Shown piece by piece: positions 42,362-52,266 of a stretch of DNA of 64,000 bases. Origin of the DNA: an uncultured Holophagales bacterium (GTDB lineage Bacteria > Acidobacteriota > Thermoanaerobaculia > Multivoradales > UBA5704); the NCBI GenBank assembly GCA_963842525.1, contig CAWJGT010000025.1, positions 320,001 to 384,000 on the forward strand. Direction: 5' to 3'. The translations under genes were made by a program, and so were the position numbers. The notes under the pieces are model-generated. The model saw nothing but the letters and a program-made list of their open reading frames with translations, had not been told where the DNA came from and searched no databases. Each line of letters starts with the position of its first letter. Positions within the stretch are counted from its first letter, which is position 1.

Positions 42362-42383
42362 TTTCTTTCAGATCTGGGAGGGA

Positions 42384-42468
<85 letters not shown>

Positions 42469-42496
42469 ACAAAGAACATTCTAGCAGGGCCCGGGC

Positions 42497-42859
42497 TCAG
42501 CGCGGAGCGCCTTGCCCTTGACCCTGCGCCGGACCCGGAGTCGGGGCGGCGGGCTGGGCCGGGGCCGGGACGGGAGTAGGAGCCGGAGCCGCCGGGGCCG
42601 CCGTTTCGCCGCCGCCCATCACCGAGGAGCCGCGACGGATCTGCGGCAGGCCGATCAGCAGGGTCGTCAGCACGAAGATCACGAACGAGCCCACCGTCAG
42701 CTTGTGCAGGAGCGTCGTGGCTCCCCGCGCCCCGAAGGCCGTCTGCGTGGTGCCGCCGCCGAACACCGAAAGGTCCGCACCCTTGCCCTGCTGGAGCAGG
42801 ACCACGAGGATCAGGAAGATGCAGACCAGAATATGGATGGCATACAGCACATAGATCAC
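42497..42859 (-). CDS. secG: Preprotein translocase subunit SecG
   Basis: LILVVLLQQGKGADL..FGGG, FGARGA..LL.KLT. tpiA-secG-tRNA synteny. Confidence 0.93.
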   Translation of the reverse strand: MIYVLYAIHILVCIFLILVVLLQQGKGADLSVFGGGTTQTAFGARGATTLLHKLTVGSFVIFVLTTLLIGLPQIRRGSSVMGGGETAAPAAPAPTPVPAPAQPAAPTPGPAQGQGQGAPR

Positions 42860-42911
42860 GGTTCAGACCTCCAAGAACTCGGCCCGGGACTCGACCCCGG
42901 GTTGGGGCCGG

Positions 42912-43655
42912 TCAGCCGGAAGCCCGGATGATAGCAAGGAATTTCTCCGGGTCAAGACTGGCACCGCCCACCAGGAACCCGTCGATGTCGGGTTGGGCGA
43001 TCAGGCCCGCCGCGTTGTCCGGTGTGACGGAGCCGCCGTAGAGGAGGGAAACCGCTGCAGCCCCGCCCGGTATTCCCGCCCGCCCCGCCAGCAGCCCGCG
43101 CAGGAACAGGTGCGCCTCCTGCGCGGTCTCGGGGGTCGCCGTCTCGCCCGTGCCGATCGCCCAGACGGGCTCGTAGGCCACGGCGAAGTTTTCCGGCTGC
43201 ACTTTCAGCACCGCCTTGAGCTGCCGCTCCAGCACCTCGAACGTGCGCCCGGCCCGCCGTTCGTCGCGCGTCTCCCCGACGCAGACCATGGCGGCGAGGC
43301 CATTCCGTCCCGCCGCCGTGGCCTTGCGGGCCACCAGCTCGTCCGATTCGCCATGGTCGCGCCGCCGCTCGCTGTGCCCGCAGAGCACCCACGTGCAGCC
43401 GGCGTCGACGAGCTGCGGCCCGGAGACGTCCCCGGTGTGGGCCCCCTTGTCCTCGGGTTGAAGGTCCTGCCCGCCCACGGCGACCCCGCTGCCGTCGAGC
43501 TCCCGGGCCACCGCCGGGATCAGCGGGAACGACGGGAAGATCACGACCTGCGTGTCCGCAGGAGCGCCGGCATCCAGACCGGCCAGCAGGGTACGGCAGT
43601 ACGCCTCCGCGTCCGCCCGCAGATGGTGCATCTTCCAGTTGCCGGCGACGATCAC
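42912..43655 (-). CDS. tpiA: Triosephosphate isomerase
   Basis: AGNWKMH, GHSERR, AYEPVWAIGTG, LYGGSV, GFLVGGASL. Confidence 0.97.
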   Translation of the reverse strand: MIVAGNWKMHHLRADAEAYCRTLLAGLDAGAPADTQVVIFPSFPLIPAVARELDGSGVAVGGQDLQPEDKGAHTGDVSGPQLVDAGCTWVLCGHSERRRDHGESDELVARKATAAGRNGLAAMVCVGETRDERRAGRTFEVLERQLKAVLKVQPENFAVAYEPVWAIGTGETATPETAQEAHLFLRGLLAGRAGIPGGAAAVSLLYGGSVTPDNAAGLIAQPDIDGFLVGGASLDPEKFLAIIRASG

Positions 43656-44857
43656 AGTTTTTTCTCCAATACCGCCACCCCGGGCAGGGCCTTGCCGGCG
43701 AGGAATTCGAGCGAGGCGCCGCCGCCGGTCGAGACGTGGCCGATCCGGTCCGCCACCCCGGACTGCTTGACCGCGGCCACCGTCTCGCCGCCGCCGATCA
43801 CCGAAAAGCCGGGGCAGTCCGCCAGCGCCACCGCCACCGCGCGGGTCCCTTCGTCGAACGGCGGCTTCTCGAACACGCCCAGCGGGCCGTTCCAGAAGAG
43901 CGTGCGCGCCCGGCCGATGGCCTTGGCGAACGCCTCGCGGGTGGCCGGCCCGACATCCACCGCCTTGGTGCCCGCCGGTACCTGATCGGCCGGCACGGTG
44001 CGTACCCGGTCGCCGGGATTGTCGAGGTCCTCGGTGACCACGAGATCGGTCGGCAGCAGGACCTCCATGCCGCGCGCCTTGGCCCGCGCCAGGATGTCCC
44101 GCGCCACGTCGAGCTTGTCGGGCTCGAAGAGGGAGACGGCCAGGTCGTGTCCCTGGGAGGCGAGGAAGGTGTTGGCCATGCCGCCGCCCAGCAGGAGGAA
44201 GTCCAGCCGGGGGAGCAGGTTCTCCAGGGTCTCGATCTTGTCCTCGATCTTGGCGCCGCCGAGCAAGGCGGCGAACGGCCGCTCGGGCTCGCCGAGGAGG
44301 CGCGAGAGGGCGGCGACCTCCTTCTCCATCAGCCGGCCGGCCGCCTTCTCGCGCACCCGTTCGGGTACGCCCACTACCGAGGCATGGGCGCGGTGGGCGG
44401 CGCCGAAGGCGTCGTCCACGTAGATCTCGGCCAAAGCCGCGAGCTGGTCCGCGAATTCGGGGCTGTTCTTGGTCTCCCCGGCGTGGAAGCGGAGGTTCTC
44501 GAGCAGCAGCACCTCGCCGGGATCGAGCGTGCGGGCAACCTTCTCGACCTCCTCGCCCACACATTCGTCGACGAAGCGGACCGCCTGCCCCAGCAGCTCG
44601 ACCAGCTTGTCGGCCACCGGCCGCAGGCTCCAGCGCGGGTCGCGCTCCCCCTTGGGCCGGCCTGCGTGGGAGGCGAGAAGGACGCGGGCGCCGGCCGCCG
44701 TCAGCTCGCGGATCGTCGGGATCGCCTCCTCCAGGCGGGTGGCATCGAGCACCTCGTGCGCCGCGGAGAGCGGGACGTTGAAGTCCACGCGGACGAACAC
44801 GCGCCGTCCTTCCATGCGGTCGAGGTCGAGGTCGTCGAGGGTCCACAGCTCGATCAT
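43652..44857 (-). CDS. pgk: Phosphoglycerate kinase
   Basis: VRVDFNVP, LLENLRF, DAFGAAHRAHAS, WNGPLGVFE, HVSTGGGASLE. Confidence 0.97.
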   Translation of the reverse strand: MIELWTLDDLDLDRMEGRRVFVRVDFNVPLSAAHEVLDATRLEEAIPTIRELTAAGARVLLASHAGRPKGERDPRWSLRPVADKLVELLGQAVRFVDECVGEEVEKVARTLDPGEVLLLENLRFHAGETKNSPEFADQLAALAEIYVDDAFGAAHRAHASVVGVPERVREKAAGRLMEKEVAALSRLLGEPERPFAALLGGAKIEDKIETLENLLPRLDFLLLGGGMANTFLASQGHDLAVSLFEPDKLDVARDILARAKARGMEVLLPTDLVVTEDLDNPGDRVRTVPADQVPAGTKAVDVGPATREAFAKAIGRARTLFWNGPLGVFEKPPFDEGTRAVAVALADCPGFSVIGGGETVAAVKQSGVADRIGHVSTGGGASLEFLAGKALPGVAVLEKKL

Positions 44858-45129
44858 GGCTTCACACTCTCCTCTCTGCCAGGAGCACCAGCAGGCCGGC
44901 CGAGGCGGGGCGCCTAGTCTATGTCACGCTGCGCCGCTCCCACGCACTACTACTGTGGAACCGGTCCGGCTTCCTTCGGACCGGACTTTGACGGATAATA
45001 CGCGCGCTCGAGAAGGCCTTTTGCCGAAAACGCACGCGGCGCCTGCCGGCCCGCGGTGGACGAGGCCGGCGGAAGCACCGTATTCCACGTAGACATTCGA
45101 CGACCTCACCTCAGTTGGAGGACCGACCA

Positions 45130-45513
45130 ATGGCGGAGATGGGCAAGTATTGCAAAGCGTACCTGGCGAAGCAGTTCCGGGAGTATCCGGGCTGGACCGA
45201 GAACAAGGAGAACGTCCGCAAGGAGAAGAAGGAAGTGGACGGCAAGGAGGTCGAGGTCGAGCGCGTACTGGACGACGACTCGATCCTCTATCTCCAGGAG
45301 AACTTCATCGTCACCGACGGGATCTTCAAGGACCAGAACATCATCTTCGACAACGTCACGGACGAGTGGAAGGAGTTCTGCCACGGTCCGCTGGCCTTCG
45401 AGATCCCGGTCTACGAGCCGATCAACATCCCGACGGCGGGCAGCGAAACGCAGGGCGAGGCCCAGGGCGAAGCCCAGCCGGCCGAAGCGGCCAGCGGCTC
45501 CAGCAACGGCTGA
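45130..45513 (+). CDS. Conserved-looking hypothetical acidic protein
   Basis: RBS ggagga. MGKYCKAY...LYLQENFIVTDGIF.D.NIIFD.VT.EW.EFC. Confidence 0.8.
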   Translation: MAEMGKYCKAYLAKQFREYPGWTENKENVRKEKKEVDGKEVEVERVLDDDSILYLQENFIVTDGIFKDQNIIFDNVTDEWKEFCHGPLAFEIPVYEPINIPTAGSETQGEAQGEAQPAEAASGSSNG

Positions 45514-45538
45514 GCCTCACTTCCTGGCTCTCCGGGAA

Positions 45539-45620
45539 AAGGACGAACAAGGACTCCAAGGACAGCAGGGACGACAAAGACGTCGTTGATCGTCCTTGGG
45601 GTCCTTTGAGTCCTTTCCTT
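45539..45620. repeat. 9-bp-period AAGGAC repeats followed by inverted GTCCTT repeats
   Basis: AAGGAC-like at 45539, 45549, 45558, 45567 and 45576. GTCCTT at 45592, 45601 and 45610. Confidence 0.8.
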
Positions 45621-45628
45621 TGCCCCCC

Positions 45629-46699
45629 ATGCGCCGCCCCCCTCTCGTTCTCGGCATCGAGACCTCCTGCGATGACACCGCCTGCGCGGTGCTCGACGGC
45701 GAGGGGCGCGTCCTCTCTTCGGTGGTCTCCAGCCAGCTCGCCTCGCACCGGCCCTATGGCGGCGTGGTCCCGGAGATCGCTTCGCGCGAGCACCTGGGGA
45801 GCTGGCCGCTGGTGAGCGGCGAGGCCCTGGAGCAGGCCGGGGCACGGATGGAGCAGATGGACGTCATTGCCGCCACGCGCGGCCCCGGCCTGGTGGGGGC
45901 CCTCCTCGTGGGCCTCTCCCTCGGCAAGGCCATGGCCTTCGCCCTCGACCGCCCCTTCCACGCCGTCCACCATCTCGAAGGGCACCTCTTTTCGCCCTTC
46001 CTGCCGCCCCGCGGCTCCGGCGAGCCGGCGCAACCGCCGCCCGGGCGCTTCGTCGGGCTCGTGCTCTCCGGCGGCCACAGCTCCCTCTTCGCCGTCGAGG
46101 ACGGCGCCGTCGCCACTCTGGGCGAGACCCGCGACGACGCCATCGGCGAGGTCTTCGACAAGGTCGGCAGGCGCCTGGGACTCCCTTATCCTCAGGGCCC
46201 CAGGGTCGACGAGCTGGCCGAGCGCGGGGATGCCGCGGCCCGGCGCATGTCCGTCCCCCTGGCCGGCGGCGAGACTCTGGACTTCTCCTACTCGGGCCTC
46301 AAGAGCCAGACCCTGCTCGAGATCGAGCGTCTGGAACGGGACCTCGGCCCCATCGACCTGGGCACGGTGCCGGACGGCGAGGAGCCGCAGCCGGTGCTCG
46401 ACCTCCTGGCCGGCTTTCGCGCCGCCGCGGTGGGCCAGGTCTTCGACCGCCTCGACCGCCTGCACCGGGAACGGCCGATCGGCCTCCTCGCCGTCTCCGG
46501 CGGCGCCGCCGCCAACCGCCTCCTGCGGCGCCAGCTCCCGGCCTGGTGTGAGGAGCGGGGGATCGACCTGCGCCTCGTCCCCCTCGCCTACGCCGGAGAC
46601 AATGCCGCCATGATCGCCCACGCCGCCCTGCTCCGGCACCGCCGCGGCCAGCAGGACGACCCCTTCCGCGCCGAGGCCGCGAGCCGGATCGCGATCTAG
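45629..46699 (+). CDS. tsaD: tRNA N6-threonylcarbamoyladenosine transferase TsaD
   Basis: LGIETSCDDT, GGVVPEIASREH, HHLEGH, SGGHS, DDAIGEVFDK, FSYSGLK, DNAAMIA. Confidence 0.95.
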   Translation: MRRPPLVLGIETSCDDTACAVLDGEGRVLSSVVSSQLASHRPYGGVVPEIASREHLGSWPLVSGEALEQAGARMEQMDVIAATRGPGLVGALLVGLSLGKAMAFALDRPFHAVHHLEGHLFSPFLPPRGSGEPAQPPPGRFVGLVLSGGHSSLFAVEDGAVATLGETRDDAIGEVFDKVGRRLGLPYPQGPRVDELAERGDAAARRMSVPLAGGETLDFSYSGLKSQTLLEIERLERDLGPIDLGTVPDGEEPQPVLDLLAGFRAAAVGQVFDRLDRLHRERPIGLLAVSGGAAANRLLRRQLPAWCEERGIDLRLVPLAYAGDNAAMIAHAALLRHRRGQQDDPFRAEAASRIAI

Positions 46700-46736
46700 G
46701 TCCTCGCTTCTGATGCAAAACCGAAAAGGAGATCCA

Positions 46737-47747
46737 ATGCGCAAGCTTTCAGTCTTTGTCCTGCTGGTGCTCGGCCTGACGTTCGCCGGCGCCGCCGGGC
46801 TCCAGGCCCATCCGCCGCACGCGGGGACGCTCGACGTCGTCGCGACCTTCGACGCCGCACAGCTCGAGACGCCGGAGAGCATCGCCATCGACCGCGACGG
46901 CAACATCTTCCTCAGCCTGGCGCTGACCGGCGAGATCCGGAAGATCGAGCCGGACGGCACCCAGAGCACCTATGCCCTGCTGCCGATCGGCCCGCCGCTG
47001 ACCCCGTGCGGCCCGTTCGTCAACGCGGTCACCGGTATCACCCTGGACGCCCACGACAACCTTTATGTCTCGGTCGTGTCCTGTAATCTCGCCGATCGGG
47101 GGATCTGGAAGATCTCGGCCAACGGCAACCAGGAGATCCTGGCGAACCTGCCGCTGGAGAGCATCCCGAACGGGATCGAGCTGCACCGCGGCTACCTCTA
47201 CGTGGCCGACTCCTCCCAGCCGCGGATCTGGCGGGTTCCGGCCGACGGCGGCCCCGCGGAGGTCTGGCTCGAAGACCCGCTGCTCCAACAGCCGCCGCCG
47301 GTCCCGGGCTCCATCCCCTTCCCGGGCGCGAACGGCCTCCAGATCTTCCGCCAGAAGGTCTACGTCGCCAACTCGGGACAGGGGACCATCGTGGCCATCC
47401 CCTTCCGGCCGAACGGCACGGCAGGCACACCGCGCATCCACGCCCACCTGCCCACCCCCATGGGCGGCGACGACTTCGCCTTCGACGTCTTCGGCGCCAT
47501 CTACTGCACGACCGACCCGTTCAATACCCTGGTCAGGATCTCGCCGGACGGCTCCACCTCGCAGATCCTGCTCACCGCCGCCGACGGCCTGGACGGTCCC
47601 ACGGCCGCCACCTTCGGCCGGAAGGGGCTGGACCGCTTCAACCTCTACATCACCAACGGCGCCTTTCCCTTCTTCTCCACCACCCACAACCCCAGCCTGA
47701 TGCGCCTGCACCTGAACGTTCCCGGCGCGCCATCCAACAACTGGTAG
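46737..47747 (+). CDS. Secreted SMP-30/gluconolactonase-like beta-propeller protein
   Basis: Signal peptide. PESIAIDRDG, PNGI, YVADS, GANGL, GDDFAFD, DGPTAATFG. Confidence 0.8.
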   Translation: MRKLSVFVLLVLGLTFAGAAGLQAHPPHAGTLDVVATFDAAQLETPESIAIDRDGNIFLSLALTGEIRKIEPDGTQSTYALLPIGPPLTPCGPFVNAVTGITLDAHDNLYVSVVSCNLADRGIWKISANGNQEILANLPLESIPNGIELHRGYLYVADSSQPRIWRVPADGGPAEVWLEDPLLQQPPPVPGSIPFPGANGLQIFRQKVYVANSGQGTIVAIPFRPNGTAGTPRIHAHLPTPMGGDDFAFDVFGAIYCTTDPFNTLVRISPDGSTSQILLTAADGLDGPTAATFGRKGLDRFNLYITNGAFPFFSTTHNPSLMRLHLNVPGAPSNNW

Positions 47748-47806
47748 AGCGCCGAGACCCGATCACCTCGCGAGACGGCCGGAGAGACGTCCCGGCCGGC
47801 CCTATC

Positions 47807-47986
47807 TCAGCACTCATCCGTCTCGCCGGGGGTGATCTCGCAGGGGTGCTCCGCGGTTGGACACACGGCGGTCATGCACTCGGAGGACTGGTTCGGGCCA
47901 CCGCCCGCCACGTGTCCGAGCTCCCGCGATGCGAGCATCCGAAGCGTCTCCTTGGCCAACGTCAGCTTCTTCGCCTTCTTCATCAT
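47807..47986 (-). CDS. 59-aa RiPP (lanthipeptide-like) precursor peptide
   Basis: Read by hand: MMRKAKKLTLAKETLRMLASRELGHVAGG-GPNQSSECMTAVCPTAEHPCEITPGETDEC*. RBS gaggag. Below the ORF-track length cutoff. Confidence 0.8.
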   Translation of the reverse strand: MMKKAKKLTLAKETLRMLASRELGHVAGGGPNQSSECMTAVCPTAEHPCEITPGETDEC

Positions 47987-48084
47987 CTGCTTCTCCTCTC
48001 TGATGGGGCGCGATGAGACCTTATTCTAAGGCTCCCTCAGTTAAACTCCGTGCCAACGCGGCAGCCCCGAGCAAGGAGGACAGC

Positions 48085-48714
48085 ATGGCCAACGGAAGCG
48101 GCAACGCCCGAGGAATCGACGTGGCCCACTACCAGGGCACGGTGGACTGGCCGCAGGTCTGCCAGTCAGGGATCGTCTTCGCTTTCGCCAAGGCGACGGA
48201 CGGCATCACCTATGTCGACCCGCAATTCACGACGAACTGGGCGGGCATCAAGGCGGCCGGCCTCGTCCGCGGCGCCTATCACTTCTTCGAGCCGGCGGAC
48301 GACGCCACAAGCCAGGCCCAGCACTTTCTCTCCACGGTCCACCTCGCCCCGGGGGACCTGCCGCCAGTCCTCGACGTAGAGACCCGCCCCAGCAGCGTGA
48401 CCACCTCCCAGCTCTGGAGCGGCGTCGCGACCTGGCTCCAGGTAATCCAGCAGCACACCGGGGTGCTCCCCATCATCTACACGGCTCCGGGCTTCTGGGA
48501 TTCCAATTCGCCGGACCTCGCGCTCACAAAGCATCCTCTCTGGCTCGCCGACTACGCTACCCAGCCCAAGCTACCGACCGGCTGGGCTACCTGGCAGATC
48601 TGGCAGTACTCGCAGTCCGGCTCCGTCCCGGGCATCACCGGCGCGGTGGATTTGGACGAGTTCAACGGTCCGGTCGAGCAGCTTTTGGCGTTCGCAAAAC
48701 CGGCGCCGCTCTGA
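48085..48714 (+). CDS. GH25 family lysozyme/muramidase
   Basis: GIDVAHYQG, FAKATDG, GAYHFF, PPVLDVE, LWLADY, IWQYS, VDLD. Confidence 0.92.
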   Translation: MANGSGNARGIDVAHYQGTVDWPQVCQSGIVFAFAKATDGITYVDPQFTTNWAGIKAAGLVRGAYHFFEPADDATSQAQHFLSTVHLAPGDLPPVLDVETRPSSVTTSQLWSGVATWLQVIQQHTGVLPIIYTAPGFWDSNSPDLALTKHPLWLADYATQPKLPTGWATWQIWQYSQSGSVPGITGAVDLDEFNGPVEQLLAFAKPAPL

Positions 48715-48796
48715 TTCACGCTCCCCAAGCTTATCCATCCCGGTCTATTTTTGAGGTATCATAGCCCCACTAGCTTCTGGACGCGAGGTTCTGAGC

Positions 48797-49660
48797 GTGG
48801 CGACGTGGATTCGTTGGTCTGTCTGCGCCTTGGCGCTTGCCTTCGGCTTGTGCGCCGCCCGGGCGCAGACCATGGCGGCCTGGCAGGACGAATGGCTGGC
48901 TCGTTTCAACCGGAAACGGGCGCTCGCCCGCGTGCCGGCGCTTCGTCTTTCTCCGGTCCTGGCCCAGGTCGCCCAGCAACAGGCGGAGGAGATGGCTGCG
49001 GACCGGCGACTCCGGCCTCCTTCGGGCGCGGTGATCGCAGAGCGGCTGCGGCGGGTCGGGTACTCGGCCCGCGAGTGGCGCGAGGGCTTCGCGATCGCGG
49101 ATGCGGCTCCCGAGGCCCGGGCGGCCCTGGACGGCCGCTTCCGGGACCTGGGCGTCGGCGCCGCCGTCGTTGACGGATTCCCTTTCTATATCTTCCTCTT
49201 CGGATGGCATCAGGGAGACTACTTCGCCGAGGCCACGGCCGGGCTCGGGGACAAGACGCGGGTCGCGGCCGAGATGCTGGCGCGGGTCAACGGCTTCCGC
49301 CGGCGGGCGAGCCTGCCGCCGCTCGCGGCCAATCCTCTCCTCGACCGGGTGTCCCAGGCGCATGCCGAGGACATGCTGCGGCGCTCCTATTTCGGGCACC
49401 GGTCGCCCGAAGGTCTGAGCCCGTCCGAGCGGGCCTGGGCGCGCGGCTACCGTTCGGGTATCGGCGAGAACCTCGTGGAGCAGCGCTTCTCCGCCAAAGA
49501 GGCGCTGGACGCCTGGCTGGACAGCCCGAACCACCGCAGGAACATCCTCGACCCGGGCTGCCGCGAGGTGGGCCTGGGGCTCGCCGTCGGCGCGGGCTAC
49601 GACGCGGCCCCCGGCGGCTACCGGGTCATCTGGGTCCAGAGCCTCGGCAGGGGAAACTGA
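48797..49660 (+). CDS. CAP/SCP domain protein (two CAP-like halves)
   Basis: HAEDM..RSYFGH, GENL, WLDSPNHRRNIL, VGLG, WVQ. Confidence 0.85.
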   Translation: MATWIRWSVCALALAFGLCAARAQTMAAWQDEWLARFNRKRALARVPALRLSPVLAQVAQQQAEEMAADRRLRPPSGAVIAERLRRVGYSAREWREGFAIADAAPEARAALDGRFRDLGVGAAVVDGFPFYIFLFGWHQGDYFAEATAGLGDKTRVAAEMLARVNGFRRRASLPPLAANPLLDRVSQAHAEDMLRRSYFGHRSPEGLSPSERAWARGYRSGIGENLVEQRFSAKEALDAWLDSPNHRRNILDPGCREVGLGLAVGAGYDAAPGGYRVIWVQSLGRGN

Positions 49661-49666
49661 GCCGCC

Positions 49667-52147
49667 CTACGTAAATGCCAGCGTCAGCAGCGTCTGCTGC
49701 TCCAGCGTGTGGGCCTTGGCCGAGCCGGTGGCCGGGCTGCCGCTCGCCGAGCGCTTGACCGAGCGGATGGGCCGGCCCAGCAGGCGCTCGATGCGCGGCT
49801 GGACGAAGAAGAGGGCTCCCATGTTGGCCGGCTCCTCCTGCACCCAGACCACGCCCCGGGCGTTGGGATGGCGCGCCATCTCGGCCTCCAGCTCCTTTTC
49901 CGGGAACGGGTAGAGCTGCTCGAGGAAGACAACCGCCGTCGTCGTGTCCTTCCTCTTGTCCCGTTCCCGCCGCAGCTCGTGGCCGATCTTGCCCGTGCAG
50001 AGGAGGACCCTCTGCGCGTCCGTGACCTGCGGATCGCCGAGCACGTTGAGGAACCGGTCGCGGCCGAGCTCGTCGATCGGCGACGCCGAGTCCTTGTGGC
50101 GCAGCATGCTCTTGGGGGTCAGCACCACGAGCGGCTTGCGCCAGGTCCGCAGGGCCTGCCGGCGCAAAAGATGGAAATATTGCGCCGCGGTCGAGGGCTG
50201 GGCGACCTGGATGTTGTCCTCGCCGCAGAGCTGGAGGTAGCGCTCCACCCGGGCGCTCGAGTGCTCGGGGCCCTGCCCCTCGTAACCGTGGGGGAGGAGC
50301 ATGACGATCCCCGAGAGGAGCCCCCACTTGTCCTCGCCCGCGGTGACGAACTGGTCGATGATGATCTGGGCGCCGTTGGCGAAGTCGCCGAACTGCGCCT
50401 CCCAGAGCACCAGGGCCTCGGGGAAGTCGCGGCTGAAGCCGTACTCGTAGCCGAGGACCGCCGCCTCGGACAGGGTCGAATCGTAGATCTCGACCCAGGC
50501 GCTGTCGGGCGGCACGACGTGCGCGAGCGGCATGTATTCCTGGCCGTTCTCGACGTCGATCAGCACTGAATGCCGCTGGTTGAACGTGCCGCGGCGGGTG
50601 TCCTGGCCGCTGAAGCGGACCGGCACCCCGTCCCTGAGCAGCGAGGCGAGGGCCACGGCCTCGGCCATGCCGTAGTCGAACGGCCGCTTGCCGTTGCCCA
50701 TCTCGGCCCGCTGCTCCAGGAGCTTCCTGATCTTGTCGTGGATGTGGAAGCTCTCCGGCCAGGTGGTGAGCGGCCGGGTCAGCTCGCGGACCTCGTCCGC
50801 CGAGAGGCCGGTCCGCACCTCGTACTCGGGCTTGTAGCAACCCCTGTGGTAGGGGTCCCAATAGGCGGGAAGGGTACGCAGCGTCGGCTTCTTCTCGATG
50901 GTGGCCGCTTCCTTGTGGTCGGCGTCGAGCTCGGCGCGCACGGCGGCGAGCCGGCGGTCCATCTCCTCCTCGGAGAGCCCGATCTTCCGGCCGTAGAGCC
51001 GCCATGCCGGCGGATGGGCCGCGATCTTCTTGTAGAGCAGGGGCTGGGTGATGGTCGGATCGTCCACCTCGCTGTGGCCGTGCCGGCGGAAACCGATCAG
51101 GTCGACGACCACGTCGTCCTTGAAGGTGTAGCGGTATTCGACCGCCATCCGCGCCACCCGCGCCACGGCGTCCGGGTCCTCGCCGTTGACGTGGAAGATG
51201 GGGATCGGCAGCCGGCGCGCCACGTCCGAGGCGAAGCGGGACGACTGGAAGTGCCGCGGCTCGGTGGTGAAGCCGATCAGGTTGTTGACGATCACCTGCA
51301 CCGTGCCGCCCACCTCGTAGGCCGGCACCTCGGCGAGGTTGAGGGTCTCGGCGAGGACCCCCTGGCCGGCGAAGGCGGCATCGCCATGGAGGACGATGGG
51401 CAGGACCTGGGTGCGCTTGGCATCGCCGAGCCGCTGCTGTTTGGCGCGCACCCGGCCCACGGCCACGGGATCGACCGCTTCCAGATGGCTCGGGTTGGAG
51501 ACCAGGTGGATGTCGAGCGCGCGGCCGTTGCGGCCCCGGAAGTCACCCGTGGCGCCCATGTGGTATTTGACGTCGCCGCCGCCCAGGATGCTGCGCGGGT
51601 CGACGTCCTCGAAGCCGGCGAAGATCTCGGCCGCGCTTTTGCGGACGGTGTGGACCATGACGTTCAGCCGGCCGCGGTGGCTCATGGCGAGGACCACCTG
51701 GCGGGCCTGCTGATCGGCGGCGGTCTCCAGCATCTCTTCGAGCAACGGGATCAGGGCCTCGACACCTTCGATCGAGAACCGCTTGGTGCCGAGGTAGCGC
51801 TGCTGGAGCATCTGCTCGAAGGTCTCGGCGCGCAGGAGCTGCTCGAAGATCTTCTGCTGGTCGAAGCGCGGGGGCTCGGCCTCCATCCGCTCCTGGATCC
51901 AGCCGCGGCGCACCGCATCGGGGATGTGCATGAACTCGACGCCGATCGTGCCGCAGTACCAGCGCCGGGCCGCCTCGGCCGTCTGCGGGTCGGCCCCTTC
52001 GAGGAGCGGCAGGGGCTCGGGCGGCAGCCGGCTCATCGGGTCGAGGTCCGCCTGCAGATAGCCCAGCCGGCGATAGATGTTCAGCGTCCTCTCGTCGTAA
52101 ACCTGACGGCCCTGTGCGGGAGGAGCGGGAGTGGTGATCGTTTCCAT
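49667..52147 (-). CDS. sucA: 2-oxoglutarate dehydrogenase E1 component
   Basis: GTKRFSIEG, HRGRLNV, NPSHLE, HGDAAFAGQG, SGQDTRRGTF, WEAQFGDFANG, GQGPEHSSAR. Confidence 0.95.
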   Translation of the reverse strand: METITTPAPPAQGRQVYDERTLNIYRRLGYLQADLDPMSRLPPEPLPLLEGADPQTAEAARRWYCGTIGVEFMHIPDAVRRGWIQERMEAEPPRFDQQKIFEQLLRAETFEQMLQQRYLGTKRFSIEGVEALIPLLEEMLETAADQQARQVVLAMSHRGRLNVMVHTVRKSAAEIFAGFEDVDPRSILGGGDVKYHMGATGDFRGRNGRALDIHLVSNPSHLEAVDPVAVGRVRAKQQRLGDAKRTQVLPIVLHGDAAFAGQGVLAETLNLAEVPAYEVGGTVQVIVNNLIGFTTEPRHFQSSRFASDVARRLPIPIFHVNGEDPDAVARVARMAVEYRYTFKDDVVVDLIGFRRHGHSEVDDPTITQPLLYKKIAAHPPAWRLYGRKIGLSEEEMDRRLAAVRAELDADHKEAATIEKKPTLRTLPAYWDPYHRGCYKPEYEVRTGLSADEVRELTRPLTTWPESFHIHDKIRKLLEQRAEMGNGKRPFDYGMAEAVALASLLRDGVPVRFSGQDTRRGTFNQRHSVLIDVENGQEYMPLAHVVPPDSAWVEIYDSTLSEAAVLGYEYGFSRDFPEALVLWEAQFGDFANGAQIIIDQFVTAGEDKWGLLSGIVMLLPHGYEGQGPEHSSARVERYLQLCGEDNIQVAQPSTAAQYFHLLRRQALRTWRKPLVVLTPKSMLRHKDSASPIDELGRDRFLNVLGDPQVTDAQRVLLCTGKIGHELRRERDKRKDTTTAVVFLEQLYPFPEKELEAEMARHPNARGVVWVQEEPANMGALFFVQPRIERLLGRPIRSVKRSASGSPATGSAKAHTLEQQTLLTLAFT

Positions 52148-52266
52148 GGTGTGAGAATACCGCAACTGACGGAGGGGGGCCGGGAATGGGCGCACCCCCG
52201 GATCGTCTTATTCTTCCATGCAGGCGCGCGCGCCAGCCCAGCATTCTGCCCGGTAAAGGAGCCGTC

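Noticed and set aside
48041-48057. Sigma54 promoter for the RiPP precursor (TTGGCACGGAGTTTAA, minus strand)
   Set aside because: The -24 element is perfect, but the -12 reads TTAA instead of TTGC.
48085-48714. Prophage lysis gene
   Set aside because: The GH25 gene stands alone, with no holin or phage structural genes nearby.
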